From an uncultured candidate division Zixibacteria bacterium (lineage in GTDB: Bacteria; Zixibacteria; MSB-5A5; GN15; FEB-12), in assembly GCA_963735035.1 (NCBI GenBank), contig CAVTJJ010000003.1:640001-704000 (forward strand): 64,000 bases of DNA. The letters run 5' to 3'. Made by a program: the position numbers and the translations under genes. Positions within the stretch are counted from its first letter, which is position 1; each line of letters opens with the position of its first letter. This document shows, in pieces, positions 19,755-32,397 of this stretch. The notes beneath the pieces were generated by a model. That model worked only from the letters and a program-made list of their open reading frames with translations. It ran no database searches and was not told the DNA's origin.

Positions 19755-22304
19755 GTGATCTCAAAGGCCATCAAACTTCTCATTGTCGCCATCACGATCT
19801 GCATGGCGCTCTACTACGGACTCTTCTACACTCAGGAAGCGTCCAAGCTGATCGCCTATGGTCGCTCGGGGATTATTCAAAGCAGTATTACGGGACCTGA
19901 CAGCAATATAGTCATGTCTCAGTTGGACACGGCTGATTTTGCCGCACCCCCCTACCCAGCTGTTGGTGATCGCATCTTGACCATCAACGACTCGACAGCT
20001 ACAAACGCCATCTTGAATGCGCACTTCAACTCTCCTCATCCGGCGGGATACGAGACTGTCATTACTTACAAATCAGGTAAGGATACCCTGCGGACGATCG
20101 TGCGTTACCAGCCGATGACACGCCGCACGTTCGCGTTTCAAGCGGTCCTGATGTTTCTGCGGTTCCTGATCTCGGTCTGCTATCTGGCGGTCGGCCTCTG
20201 GGCCTTCGCCAAACGTCCTGATTCCGGCGCCGTCAGGGCGCTGACGCTCTTCTGCTATGCGATGGGCGGTTTCCTGATGACCGCCGTAACCATGATTAGC
20301 GACAGCTACTCCACCATCTCTTTCCCCTACATGAGCACGTTAACGGCTGGGGTAGGCTCGCTGGCAAGTTTCTTTGGAGCTTTCTGGCTCAACCTTCAGC
20401 TCCTTTTTCCGGTGCCTCGCCGCATAGTCCAGAAACACTCCCTGGCCGTTCACGTTCTATGTTACGCCGCACCGGCGGTGGTGGGCATTCTCGCATTGAT
20501 ATTCAAGTCGCAGTGGGCGGGCTTCGCTTTGCTGGGGATGGTTACAATTCAGATCGGACTGGGATTCTATCTTCTCGCCCGATTCCACAATCGAACCACT
20601 GAGCCGATTGAATCGCGACAAACCCGCTTGGTACTGTGGGGCACCGGGGCCGGCCTGGGTGGTTTCGCCTTCTTCATCTTGATGGCCATTCTGCTACCCC
20701 GGTTCTTCAGATCAATTCCCGAAATCTACCTGACAGGCTTCCTGATCGTTGTCTTCTTAGGATTGCTGCTGTCACCGCTCTCTTTTGCTTACGCGTTCGG
20801 CAAATATCGCCTGCTGGAAATCGAGGGTCGCATCCGTCGCGGCACCCGCCATTTCCTGATCGCCCTGGCGTTACTCGCCCTGTTCTATCTACTCATCTAT
20901 TTCGTAAGCGAGTTCGCCCTCGAGGTGCTGGGCATCGAGAGCCGCACCCCCGTTCTGATAATCGCGCTTTTGCTTGCTGTCGGTTTTGCACCTGCACAGC
21001 GACGCCTTCTCGCCTCGCTCGACAAATGGGTGTACCCCGAGCGGTTCCGACTCAAAGGTATGCTCAATGACTTTCTCTCCAATTCGATGGCCACCACCGA
21101 CAAAAAAGCCTTTTGGAATGAACTCGAGAACCGGCTGAAGACCGCTCTGAAAGTCGACCAGGTTTATCCCGTCCTGCGAGCCGTCAACAACGGTCATTTT
21201 GAACACTGGACCGGCGCCATGACTCCGTTCGTGAAGGACAGTGCGTTTATCAAGACGATATCGAGAGTCGGCGGACGACCGGTCATGCGCGATGAGCTCG
21301 AAGCCGGCGGAAGAACTTCGTTCCGGGAAGGCGAGCGCGACTGGTTCAGTTTACACCAGGTGGCGTTGGTTCTTCCGATGGTAACGCATTCCGAGCTGAT
21401 CGGTTTCCTGGGCATCGGCCTCAAATCAGAACGGCGCGATTTCGAACCCGCCGATATTGAAATCTTGCAGTCGCTCGGCAATCAGATCGCGGTCGCTACC
21501 GATAACATCATCCTGCTCGAAGAGAACGCCGAGAAACGCCGCATGGAGGCTGAGCTGTCTATCGCGCGCAAAGTACAGGAAGGGATGCTGCCGCACGACA
21601 TCCCCGACACCCCCGGCCTTCAGATTGCTGCACTGAGTCGCTTCTGTACTGAAGTCGCCGGCGACTACTACGATGTCATCGAAGTCGGCGACGGCCGCAC
21701 GGTGCTGGCTATCGGCGACGTTTCCGGCAAGGGGGCCGGGGCCGCGCTGCTCATGTCCAATGTGCAAGCATCGTTGCGCACTTCAGTCGGCATGGAGACT
21801 ACAGAAGAAGCTGCGGAAAACCAACTAGTACACAAGATCGATCTGGCGCGAATTGTCACCAATATCAATCGCCTCATTCACCGCAATTCTCAGCCGGAGC
21901 AATTCATAACTTTCTTTGCCGCCGTGTATGACCCGATGGAGCATACGCTCACCTTTACCAACGCTGGACACAACCCGCCACTTTCGGTGAATCGCGACGG
22001 TCAGGTTCGGGAACTGATCGACGGCGGTGTACTGCTCGGCGCGGTGCCCGACTTCCCTTATCAGCAAGGAACAATACAATTGGCGAGCGGCGATACCGTG
22101 TTTCTATATACCGACGGTTTGAGTGAATCGACTCGACCCGACGGCCAGATGTTCGGGGAAGATCGTATCAGACAGTTCCTGGCGCGAAATGTCGAACTGC
22201 CTCCCCAGCAGTTGTTGGCGAAACTCGAAGAAGAAGTAGCGACTTTCGCGGACGGCATCCACCTCGCGGATGATTTCACGCTGGTAGTGGCAAGAGTGGT
22301 CTAG
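19755..22304 (+). CDS. Membrane-bound PP2C/SpoIIE (RsbU-like) phosphatase with periplasmic PDZ-like and cytoplasmic GAF domains
   Basis: VGDRILTIN (PDZ-like), multiple TM helices, GAF-like LIGFLGIG, and PP2C motifs GDYYD, GDVSGKG, YTDG and DDFT. Start codon uncertain. Confidence 0.88.
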   Translation: MISKAIKLLIVAITICMALYYGLFYTQEASKLIAYGRSGIIQSSITGPDSNIVMSQLDTADFAAPPYPAVGDRILTINDSTATNAILNAHFNSPHPAGYETVITYKSGKDTLRTIVRYQPMTRRTFAFQAVLMFLRFLISVCYLAVGLWAFAKRPDSGAVRALTLFCYAMGGFLMTAVTMISDSYSTISFPYMSTLTAGVGSLASFFGAFWLNLQLLFPVPRRIVQKHSLAVHVLCYAAPAVVGILALIFKSQWAGFALLGMVTIQIGLGFYLLARFHNRTTEPIESRQTRLVLWGTGAGLGGFAFFILMAILLPRFFRSIPEIYLTGFLIVVFLGLLLSPLSFAYAFGKYRLLEIEGRIRRGTRHFLIALALLALFYLLIYFVSEFALEVLGIESRTPVLIIALLLAVGFAPAQRRLLASLDKWVYPERFRLKGMLNDFLSNSMATTDKKAFWNELENRLKTALKVDQVYPVLRAVNNGHFEHWTGAMTPFVKDSAFIKTISRVGGRPVMRDELEAGGRTSFREGERDWFSLHQVALVLPMVTHSELIGFLGIGLKSERRDFEPADIEILQSLGNQIAVATDNIILLEENAEKRRMEAELSIARKVQEGMLPHDIPDTPGLQIAALSRFCTEVAGDYYDVIEVGDGRTVLAIGDVSGKGAGAALLMSNVQASLRTSVGMETTEEAAENQLVHKIDLARIVTNINRLIHRNSQPEQFITFFAAVYDPMEHTLTFTNAGHNPPLSVNRDGQVRELIDGGVLLGAVPDFPYQQGTIQLASGDTVFLYTDGLSESTRPDGQMFGEDRIRQFLARNVELPPQQLLAKLEEEVATFADGIHLADDFTLVVARVV

Positions 22305-22323
22305 TCTATGATCGGGGTGTTTC

Positions 22324-22384
22324 GTGGGCGGCACACGTCGTCGTGTGCCCCATGACCTCCGGGTACCCCACAGCTTGCTGTGGG
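22324..22384. repeat. REP-like pair
   Basis: GGCACACGTCGTCGTGTGCC hairpin, plus GGTACCCCACAGCTTGCTGTGGG (22362-22384), which is identical to 1937-1959. Confidence 0.8.
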
Positions 22385-22477
22385 TTGCTCCGCATATAGA
22401 CAGGCAGGTCACGTTCAGGAGTCATTAGCGCGGCGAATAACGAATAGTCCGATATGCGACATGCTGCATCATTATGA

Positions 22478-22506
22478 TTGACACTGATGGATTGCGGAGT
22501 TAACAT
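22478..22506 (+). promoter_or_regulatory. sigma70-type promoter
   Basis: TTGACA-N17-TAACAT, followed by an AAGGAGG SD and GTG at 22552. Confidence 0.6.
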
Positions 22507-22551
22507 AACTCCATGCGGATCGTGTGCGTGGGTCAGAAGGAGGAATAGTCT

Positions 22552-23367
22552 GTGATCCACAAACAGGTGACTCATCTGGCTACCTGGGTAGTAGCAGCGG
22601 CGTCGGTCATTGCGCTATCACGCTGTTCATTATCGGCCGAAGAATTTAAACCACCCTTCTTGAATTACGGTGACGCATCATTCATATCTCTTGATCCGAA
22701 CCTCGATTCGCTGCACCTCTCACTCCCAAAGGAACTCTGGTCAGTTGCAGATTCAGTCACGAAGACTGTCTGGAATACTCAAAGCCACATGGGTACCTTT
22801 TCACAGTTCTATTCAAGTAGCGGCGATACTTGGAGGGCTCTGCAATTTCAGTTGATGCATGAGGTTTTTGTAAGCCGATGCTACGGATGGTCCGACACGA
22901 CTAGGACCCGCGTCATACAAATTCTTGACAGTCTATGGGGTATTTCAAGAGACAGTAAGGATCTATTGTCGAGTGCCCCCTTTCAACGCGATTACGCCCA
23001 GTATGTGGGTGCAGCTCGGAGCCTCGTCAACGCATTTGAACCGATTGTCACCAAATGGCATTCCGTGCGTATGATCAGCTTCGAAGCATGTTCAGACGCG
23101 TTACTGACCATTTATTCCAGCGCTGAGCAGAGGAAGACCGATTACACGATCCCTTTCGTTCTACGTGAGGAGGTCGGTCACATCTACGGAACATCCGTCG
23201 TTCCCGCTGAATGCGAGGAACAATTCAGGACCGGAAAGCATGTACTTGTACGCTATTTCAATGACACCGTACACCTGGTGTATGCATACTATCCTACCAA
23301 CGCAAATTCATACAACGTAACAATAGTACTCAGGTCTCCAGTCCCCATCCGTCTTCCTAAACACTAA
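22552..23367 (+). CDS. Hypothetical secreted protein, AT-richer than its neighbours
   Basis: Strong SD, signal-like N-terminus, 271-aa ORF, no recognisable motif. Confidence 0.6.
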   Translation: MIHKQVTHLATWVVAAASVIALSRCSLSAEEFKPPFLNYGDASFISLDPNLDSLHLSLPKELWSVADSVTKTVWNTQSHMGTFSQFYSSSGDTWRALQFQLMHEVFVSRCYGWSDTTRTRVIQILDSLWGISRDSKDLLSSAPFQRDYAQYVGAARSLVNAFEPIVTKWHSVRMISFEACSDALLTIYSSAEQRKTDYTIPFVLREEVGHIYGTSVVPAECEEQFRTGKHVLVRYFNDTVHLVYAYYPTNANSYNVTIVLRSPVPIRLPKH

Positions 23368-23378
23368 TTCAACGACGC

Positions 23379-26072
23379 CTACGCCAGTTCCTTCACCACG
23401 AACACTTCCGTCCCGTCATAGTCGATCTTGAAACCCCGCTTCTCGAACACCGATATCATCGCGCGGTTGTCCGTGGTCGTCTGCGCCACCACCCGCTTCA
23501 ATTTCCAGTGTTCGGCGATCTCGAGACAGTAATCTGTCAGAATGCTCCCCACTTCTTTCTTCTGCCAGGCGTCGGTGATCAACACCGCATACTCGACCGC
23601 CTCATGGTCCGGGTCGGCGATCAGGCGGCCGATACCGATAATCTTCCGCACCCCCTTCTGCACTATTTCCGCCACGATAGCTATTTCGCGGTCGTAGTCG
23701 ATATAGCAGAAGCGGGTCGCCACCTCGTGTGAATCCCAATGGAAGAAATACCTGAAGCGTGAGTAGACCGCTTCTTTCGAGCAACTTGCGAGCAGACCCA
23801 GCCAGAGAGGTTCGTCCTCGGGTTTGATCGGACGAAGTGTGGCGATCGTTCCGCCCTTCAGCTCCACCTGCTTGACATACTTTTCCGGATACGGCCGAAG
23901 CGCCAGATGCGAGTACGGCTCGATCTCCTGGCCGACCAGAGTCGAATCGATAATTACGCGCGCATCGAGTGCTATTACTTCGCGCGGCGTCACCAAGAGC
24001 GGATTTATGTCAAGTTCGATTATTTCCGGATAGTCCGCCGCCAGGTACGACATCCGTACCAATGTTTCAATAAGGAGTTCGACATTGGCAGCCGGGCGGC
24101 CCCGATATCCCTGCAACAGCGGCCAAATGCGGAGCGATTCGAGCATGCGACGAGCAAGACGTTCGTTGAGCGGTGGGAACCCGAGACTGCGATCTCCGAG
24201 AAGTTCCGCGCCGATCCCTCCCATACCGACCATCATGATCGTCCCAAACGTAGCGTCCTTCTTGATCCCGACAATCAACTCCACGCCGTCATGAAAGTTC
24301 ACCATCGATTGAACCGTAACCCCGTCAACCCTCGCCTTCGGCGCTTTCTCGGCTACCGACAGCATCATCCGATCAAACGCCCCGCGCAACATGGCCTCGT
24401 CTTCGAGATTGAGCGCCACGCCGCCGACATCGGTCTTGTGCGTGATATCAGGGGATAGAATCTTAATTACCACCGGATAGTGAATCTTCTTCGCAATCCT
24501 GGCAGCCTCGTCGCCGGTCTTCGCCGGATGCGGTCGCACCGTCGGAATGCCGTAAGTCTCGATCAATTCTTTCGATACCGCCTCGCTAAGCAGATTGCCG
24601 TGTCCGAAATGCTTGGCGACAAATTTGTTGCGAAGTGTCTCCCGATCGATCGCGAATTCCACCGGCAGGTCTTTCGGCGTTTCGTAGAGCGTGTCGAGAT
24701 TGCGGCCGTAGCCGACCAGAGTCATGAAAGAGCGAATCGCCTGCTCTGGGGTCTGATAAGCCGCCACACCGCTGTCGATCAGCAGCCTGATGCCCTCACG
24801 CATGGCCGCGCCGCCGAGCCAGGCCGCCAACACCGGTTTCATGGTCGACTGCGCAAGCTTGCCCACCGCCTTCGCGATGGCGTTCACATTGGTCATCGCC
24901 TGGGGGGTGAGAATCACGAGAAGCGCATCGACTCCAGGATCGTCGAGCACCAGCTGGGCAGCTTTCTCGATACGCTTGGCGTTGGCGTCTCCGAGTACGT
25001 CGACCGGGTTCCGGTGTGACCACGACGACGGCAACGACAAATTGAGTTGCTCTAGCGTCTTCTCGCTTAGTGTCGCCAGCGTTCCCTTATGTTCAATCAG
25101 CGAGTCGGTAGCGATAACACCCGGTCCGCCGGCATTGGTGACAATTCCAAGGCGCTGGCCACGCGGAATCTTGTCGCGTCCTATCAGCTCGGCGCAGTCA
25201 AAAATGTCACCGGTGTCGTAAACACGTGCCAGTCCGATACGTTGAAACGCCGCGTCGTAGATCGCATCCTCAGCCGCCAGCGCTCCGGTGTGCGACGCCG
25301 CTACCTGGGCTGACTCCGGAAATCGTCCCGACTTGAACGCCAGGATCGGCTTGGTGCGGGCGAACGCTCGGGCGGCGGTCATGAAGCGACGCGCGCGGCT
25401 GACCGATTCAATGTATAGAATGATCGATTTGGTATTGTCGTCAGCACCGAAAAAATCAATCAGATCGCCGAAATCGACATCGATAGTGTTGCCGATCGAC
25501 ACGAAATGCGAGAAACCGATCTTACCTTCAATCGCCACATCAAGCACCGACGTACACAGCGCACCCGACTGCGAGATAAACGCCACGTTGCCCGCTTTCG
25601 GCATGCCTCCGGCGAAACTGAGATTCAGATTCTTGCCGGGGATGATGATTCCCAGACAGTTCGGGCCGATAATCCGCATTCCGTCGAACCGTTTCCGATA
25701 CTCCCGAATCTGGTCTTCCAGCTTCTTCCCTTCCTCGCCTATCTCTTTGAAGCCGGCGGAGAGAATAACAATGCCCCTGATCCCGGCTTCGCCGCATTCA
25801 AGAACGGTCTGCGGAACCTTCTCCGCAGCCGTGCAGATAACGGCCAGATCGGGCACTTTCGGAAGGGATTTCAGATTCGGAAAGCAGGGTACGCCCATGA
25901 CCGCTTCACTCTCGGCGTTAATAGGATAGACCACGCCTCGGAATCCGCCTGAGATCAGGTTAGTCAGCACTTTGCCGCCGACGCTGTTCGGGTTGATCGT
26001 CACGCCGATAAGCGCAATTCGGTGGGGATCGAAAATCTTCTCAAGCTTATGTATATTCATTCTTTTGGTCAC
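23379..26072 (-). CDS. NDP-forming acyl-CoA synthetase-like protein fused to GNAT (Pat/YfiQ-type protein acetyltransferase)
   Basis: IIGPNCLG, SQSGA, AASHTGA, NAGGPG, NPVD and ATP-grasp HKTDVGGV motifs; C-terminal GNAT (IDYDRE...EYAVLI.D.WQ). Start is 26072 or 26060. Confidence 0.9.
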   Translation of the reverse strand: MTKRMNIHKLEKIFDPHRIALIGVTINPNSVGGKVLTNLISGGFRGVVYPINAESEAVMGVPCFPNLKSLPKVPDLAVICTAAEKVPQTVLECGEAGIRGIVILSAGFKEIGEEGKKLEDQIREYRKRFDGMRIIGPNCLGIIIPGKNLNLSFAGGMPKAGNVAFISQSGALCTSVLDVAIEGKIGFSHFVSIGNTIDVDFGDLIDFFGADDNTKSIILYIESVSRARRFMTAARAFARTKPILAFKSGRFPESAQVAASHTGALAAEDAIYDAAFQRIGLARVYDTGDIFDCAELIGRDKIPRGQRLGIVTNAGGPGVIATDSLIEHKGTLATLSEKTLEQLNLSLPSSWSHRNPVDVLGDANAKRIEKAAQLVLDDPGVDALLVILTPQAMTNVNAIAKAVGKLAQSTMKPVLAAWLGGAAMREGIRLLIDSGVAAYQTPEQAIRSFMTLVGYGRNLDTLYETPKDLPVEFAIDRETLRNKFVAKHFGHGNLLSEAVSKELIETYGIPTVRPHPAKTGDEAARIAKKIHYPVVIKILSPDITHKTDVGGVALNLEDEAMLRGAFDRMMLSVAEKAPKARVDGVTVQSMVNFHDGVELIVGIKKDATFGTIMMVGMGGIGAELLGDRSLGFPPLNERLARRMLESLRIWPLLQGYRGRPAANVELLIETLVRMSYLAADYPEIIELDINPLLVTPREVIALDARVIIDSTLVGQEIEPYSHLALRPYPEKYVKQVELKGGTIATLRPIKPEDEPLWLGLLASCSKEAVYSRFRYFFHWDSHEVATRFCYIDYDREIAIVAEIVQKGVRKIIGIGRLIADPDHEAVEYAVLITDAWQKKEVGSILTDYCLEIAEHWKLKRVVAQTTTDNRAMISVFEKRGFKIDYDGTEVFVVKELA

Positions 26073-26249
26073 CTCTACAATGGCCTAATAAGCTCTAGTG
26101 ATCTCCTTTAGAGAAGTGCTTTCTTGAGGATGTTAGTCGACCTCATTCCTTTTGTCGGTCAGACGGTTATGACAGAGGTGGGAGTAAGTGAGATCCGGGC
26201 TTGAATCTTACGAAAGCTTCCGGAAAGGTAGAATGATTGAACAGGCTGC

Positions 26250-27563
26250 TTATCGCAGATCGGATAGCATCGTCGGGGTGGCAATGAGGCTGTGGAAAAT
26301 ACCCCACCGCTTGGCCGGGTTCTCCAGCGTACCTCCGTGGCGGGCTTCGCAGTCGGCCACCAGCGCTTTGCCGACGGAATATGTCACGATGTAGCTGCGA
26401 TAATCATCATAGAATGACAGGGACTTGACCGCCTCGGCTTCGCTCTGCAACACATAGTAACCGAGCCAGGCGATGGACTGGGTTTTGTCGCGAAGACCAT
26501 CGAGGTAGAGTTGGGCGACATCTGCACCTGCGCCGTCAAGACTCCCCATCACATCAAGGACGAGACAGTAGGTCGGGGCCTCGGACGGGTCCAGACCTGC
26601 CAGCGGAAACAGCGTGTTCTGATAGAAGGCGACTCTATCCACCGGCGAGAGCACCATGTCGACACCGTAGTTGGCGGTTCCTTCGTCGAGCACTGACATC
26701 GGGCTGAAGAGTGGAAATACCGAGTACTCCACCCAGCCGCTGTCTCTTACCAGATGCTTCTCGCGAATGATGTTGCTGCAGTGATGTCCGGGATATCCTT
26801 CGTGGGCGGCCAGACCGATCAGATTGCCGATATGGACGGTGGTCGTGGTGTCGATCTGTATGAGGCTCTGAAGATCGCCGAGATACCAGTTGTAGGCACC
26901 CCAGGACTGGCCGCCGACCAATTCGACACGGCAATCTTCACCCTGGGGCAAGGCGAGGTAGTTCGACGTCCGAGCGCGGCATTCGGCCAGACAGACCTTC
27001 ATCAAAGTATCAACACGATTCTTCGGCACCACAAATCTCTCATGGTACTTCATGTATCGCTGTCTGATATCCCCCTTGCCGGGCAGAAGCGAATCAAGCG
27101 CAGCCAGTCTGGTTTCATAGTAGGCAGAATCATGATGCGGCGCCTGCACGCCGTATATGGCCGAAGCCTCCTGATCGAAAGTCAGCGTCTTGCCGTGTTG
27201 CCGATCGAGCACGCCTCTCAATGATGTCAGTTGAGCGAGCATGAAGTGTAAACGACGTCGAGGGGAATCGTCCGAAACGGTGGGACCGATTGCGCTTATT
27301 CGGGCAATAAGCCTGTCAGCGTCCTCGCACAACCGATCATACGGAAAACCTTTTTCGACTTCTTCCCGCGCCGCATCTTCTTTCAGTTCCGATGGGCCGA
27401 AATACGCATCGATGTAGTCCGGTATGTACTTCCCTGCGCGCAGGACCAGCTTGACATACTCCCTCGCGACACTATCGACACGCTCGTCTGCCTTAGCAGT
27501 TGAAACCAGACTTATGACGGGAAATACAACAATTGCTGCAAGAGCCAATACACGCCGGATCAT
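26250..27563 (-). CDS. Secreted DUF885-like zincin metallopeptidase
   Basis: Signal peptide; AHEGYPGHH (HExxPGHH), a downstream EG.A motif, and YIVTY.VG. Confidence 0.7.
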   Translation of the reverse strand: MIRRVLALAAIVVFPVISLVSTAKADERVDSVAREYVKLVLRAGKYIPDYIDAYFGPSELKEDAAREEVEKGFPYDRLCEDADRLIARISAIGPTVSDDSPRRRLHFMLAQLTSLRGVLDRQHGKTLTFDQEASAIYGVQAPHHDSAYYETRLAALDSLLPGKGDIRQRYMKYHERFVVPKNRVDTLMKVCLAECRARTSNYLALPQGEDCRVELVGGQSWGAYNWYLGDLQSLIQIDTTTTVHIGNLIGLAAHEGYPGHHCSNIIREKHLVRDSGWVEYSVFPLFSPMSVLDEGTANYGVDMVLSPVDRVAFYQNTLFPLAGLDPSEAPTYCLVLDVMGSLDGAGADVAQLYLDGLRDKTQSIAWLGYYVLQSEAEAVKSLSFYDDYRSYIVTYSVGKALVADCEARHGGTLENPAKRWGIFHSLIATPTMLSDLR

Positions 27564-27816
27564 AGCTGTCAATCCTTTCCGAACAGGATACAATTGTCCG
27601 ACCTGCCGTACTAGCAGCGCAGGTTAAATCTCTTGGGCCAGTAGATTTGCCAAAGGATAACATTTCATGGGAATCGTTGCAAGCGGAATAGCTGGACGAT
27701 AACTACGCTAACATTACCTGATTTGTCGTGCTCTCAATACATTGTGTACTGTTCACATCAAAGGGGTTATTCGACACTAACTCGGACAGTCACCAAGCTC
27801 TAGATTCACACCAATG

Positions 27817-27848
27817 AAAAAGACCCCTGCAGAGACTGCAGAGGTCTT
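27817..27848 (-). terminator. Rho-independent terminator of hppA
   Basis: Minus strand reads AAGACCTCTGCAG-tct-CTGCAGGGGTCTT-TTT. Confidence 0.75.
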
Positions 27849-27873
27849 ATCACTTACCGTTGGAAGAGGGCCG

Positions 27874-30363
<2,490 letters not shown>

Positions 30364-30498
30364 AGACAATTCTCCTTATCTAGGTACCACAATAGTATCA
30401 CCAACACAAAATACTTAACCCGGTGGCCGATACCGAATTACCGGTCAACACTCGCTTTTCACCGCGACCGGATTAGCCCTGCCGGTTAAGTTCCGGCA

Positions 30499-30527
30499 AG
30501 TCTACAAAAACCCTTAGACAAAAGCAA
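30499..30527 (-). promoter_or_regulatory. sigma70-type promoter of hppA
   Basis: Minus strand reads TTGCTT-N17-TAGACT. Confidence 0.55.
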
Positions 30528-30709
30528 GTTATTAGGCCCGATACGAAGAGTAACTTGGGCTTCTTTTTTGGAGTAGTCACGATGGGGAACAACGACTTAG
30601 GGAATGCACCCCGAAAGACCCTTCCCCGGGAGGAAATGAACCGGGTTGATACGACCGGACTCGAACGCTTACGAACCGAAACAGGCTATCGCCCTGCCCG
30701 CTACAGCCT

Positions 30710-32152
30710 CTATCGAAGGAGAATCATCTTTCTGGTGTCGGAGAAATCGCCAATCTTGAGACGATAGAAGTAGATTCCGGTCGCAGCCGGTTTGCCGTTT
30801 GAATCAGTACCGTCCCAGATCGCTTGATACGTTCCTGTCCGGCGAAACGCATCTACCAGCGTTACCACCTTCCGACCCAGAATGTCAAATACGGCCAGGT
30901 TCACCCGACCACTTTGGGCTAGATCGTACTTTATTTGGGTGTCGGGATTGAAAGGATTGGGGCTGTTCTGGGCCAGCCTGAACTCAACCGGCAGTGGGGA
31001 AGTGGAATCGTCTTCCACGTCGCTGGCGTTTCCCTGATTCATGTAGACCAGGAGGTCATTTGAAGTTCTGTTGGCGACCGCCAGATCATCATATGTGTCG
31101 TGGTCAAAATCGGCGGTGCACAGCGACGCCGGTGAGTCGCCGGCGGCATACTGTATCGGCTCTGCAAAAGTCGCATCCCCGATGTTGAGCAGGATCGACA
31201 GGCTATCGGTCATCCAATTGGCTACGATGATATCGATATCCCCGTCCTTGTCAAGATCACTCGTGAAGGTAGCCAGTGGATATCCGCCGGAATTATAGTA
31301 GACCGTGGGCTGGAAAGTCCCATCGCCATCGTTGAGAATAACCGAAATTACCGACTGATCATAGGCATCCGAGTTCGGCGCTATCAAATCGATATCTCCA
31401 TCCCCGTCGAGATCCGCCGCCGATATGTCCGAAGGCATATAGTGCGACGCATAGTCTACGTGCGAGGAAAACGATCCGCTCCCGTTGTTCAGCAGAACCG
31501 ACACCGTATGAGCCTCAACGTTTACCACCGCCAGGTCAAGGCTGCCGTTGCCGTCGAGATCCACCGCCACGCTCTTTTGCGGACTGTAACCAGTTCCGAA
31601 GGAAACGCGGGGTTGAAAAGTCCCGTCGCCATTGTTGAACATCACCGAAACTGAGTCATCCATGAAAGGAAGAGTTACTTGTTCATTGGTTGCCACCAGA
31701 TCGGGCCAGGTATCGCCGTCCAGGTCGGCCAGACGCACGGACGTCGGCGAAGTCCCGGCGGCAATAGTACTGGGAGCTGCGAAAGTACCGTCGCCATTGT
31801 TGAGAAACAGCGAAATACTATTATCGAGTTTGTTCGAGACTGCCAGATCGATATCGTCATCGCCGTCGACGTCGGCTCCATGCACATAGACAGGAAGGTT
31901 TCCGGTAAGATAAGTGGCGTTTAGTACGAATGTCCCACTGCCGGAGTTAAGAAGTACGGTCAGGCTATCGGTTTGATAGCTGACCGTTGCCATATCTGCA
32001 TAGCCATCGCCGTCGAAATCAGCGCAGAACACCGACCACGGACTTCCACCGATTACGTACTGAGTGGGGTCCTCCAGATGGCCACTTTGGGCCATTACCA
32101 TTCCGCAAGGAATGAAGAAGAGACCGAATATGACAAATGCGCTTCTCAGCAT
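30710..32152 (-). CDS. Secreted FG-GAP/VCBS-repeat beta-propeller with a FlgD/T9SS-type C-terminal domain
   Basis: About seven AD(L/F)DGDG..DLAV.N repeats; QNSPNPFNP...WDG.D..G...RKMILLR terminus. Confidence 0.9.
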   Translation of the reverse strand: MLRSAFVIFGLFFIPCGMVMAQSGHLEDPTQYVIGGSPWSVFCADFDGDGYADMATVSYQTDSLTVLLNSGSGTFVLNATYLTGNLPVYVHGADVDGDDDIDLAVSNKLDNSISLFLNNGDGTFAAPSTIAAGTSPTSVRLADLDGDTWPDLVATNEQVTLPFMDDSVSVMFNNGDGTFQPRVSFGTGYSPQKSVAVDLDGNGSLDLAVVNVEAHTVSVLLNNGSGSFSSHVDYASHYMPSDISAADLDGDGDIDLIAPNSDAYDQSVISVILNDGDGTFQPTVYYNSGGYPLATFTSDLDKDGDIDIIVANWMTDSLSILLNIGDATFAEPIQYAAGDSPASLCTADFDHDTYDDLAVANRTSNDLLVYMNQGNASDVEDDSTSPLPVEFRLAQNSPNPFNPDTQIKYDLAQSGRVNLAVFDILGRKVVTLVDAFRRTGTYQAIWDGTDSNGKPAATGIYFYRLKIGDFSDTRKMILLR

Positions 32153-32397
32153 ATAAACCCCCGGTTCGTCTAGTTGCCCAACATTAGTAGTGTCGGACGT
32201 AACTAACAATAACTTTGTCTATCGACGGATGGAATTTCCCTATGCCGGCATGGGAAGGTCGAAATTAGGTGCCTGGCGGGCAATTTGGGCTCGCGTACCT
32301 ATTTTTGTCGGATGGCGATGTTTACAATTGCAGTCAGGGTAGGTTCGAACTATCTGTACGACCGCCCCGAATACAATCGCGGGCAGACTGAGGTACC

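Noticed and set aside
30652..30667. tRNA T-loop-like GTTCGAGTCC on the minus strand
   Set aside because: The flanks do not form a T-stem, acceptor stem or cloverleaf.
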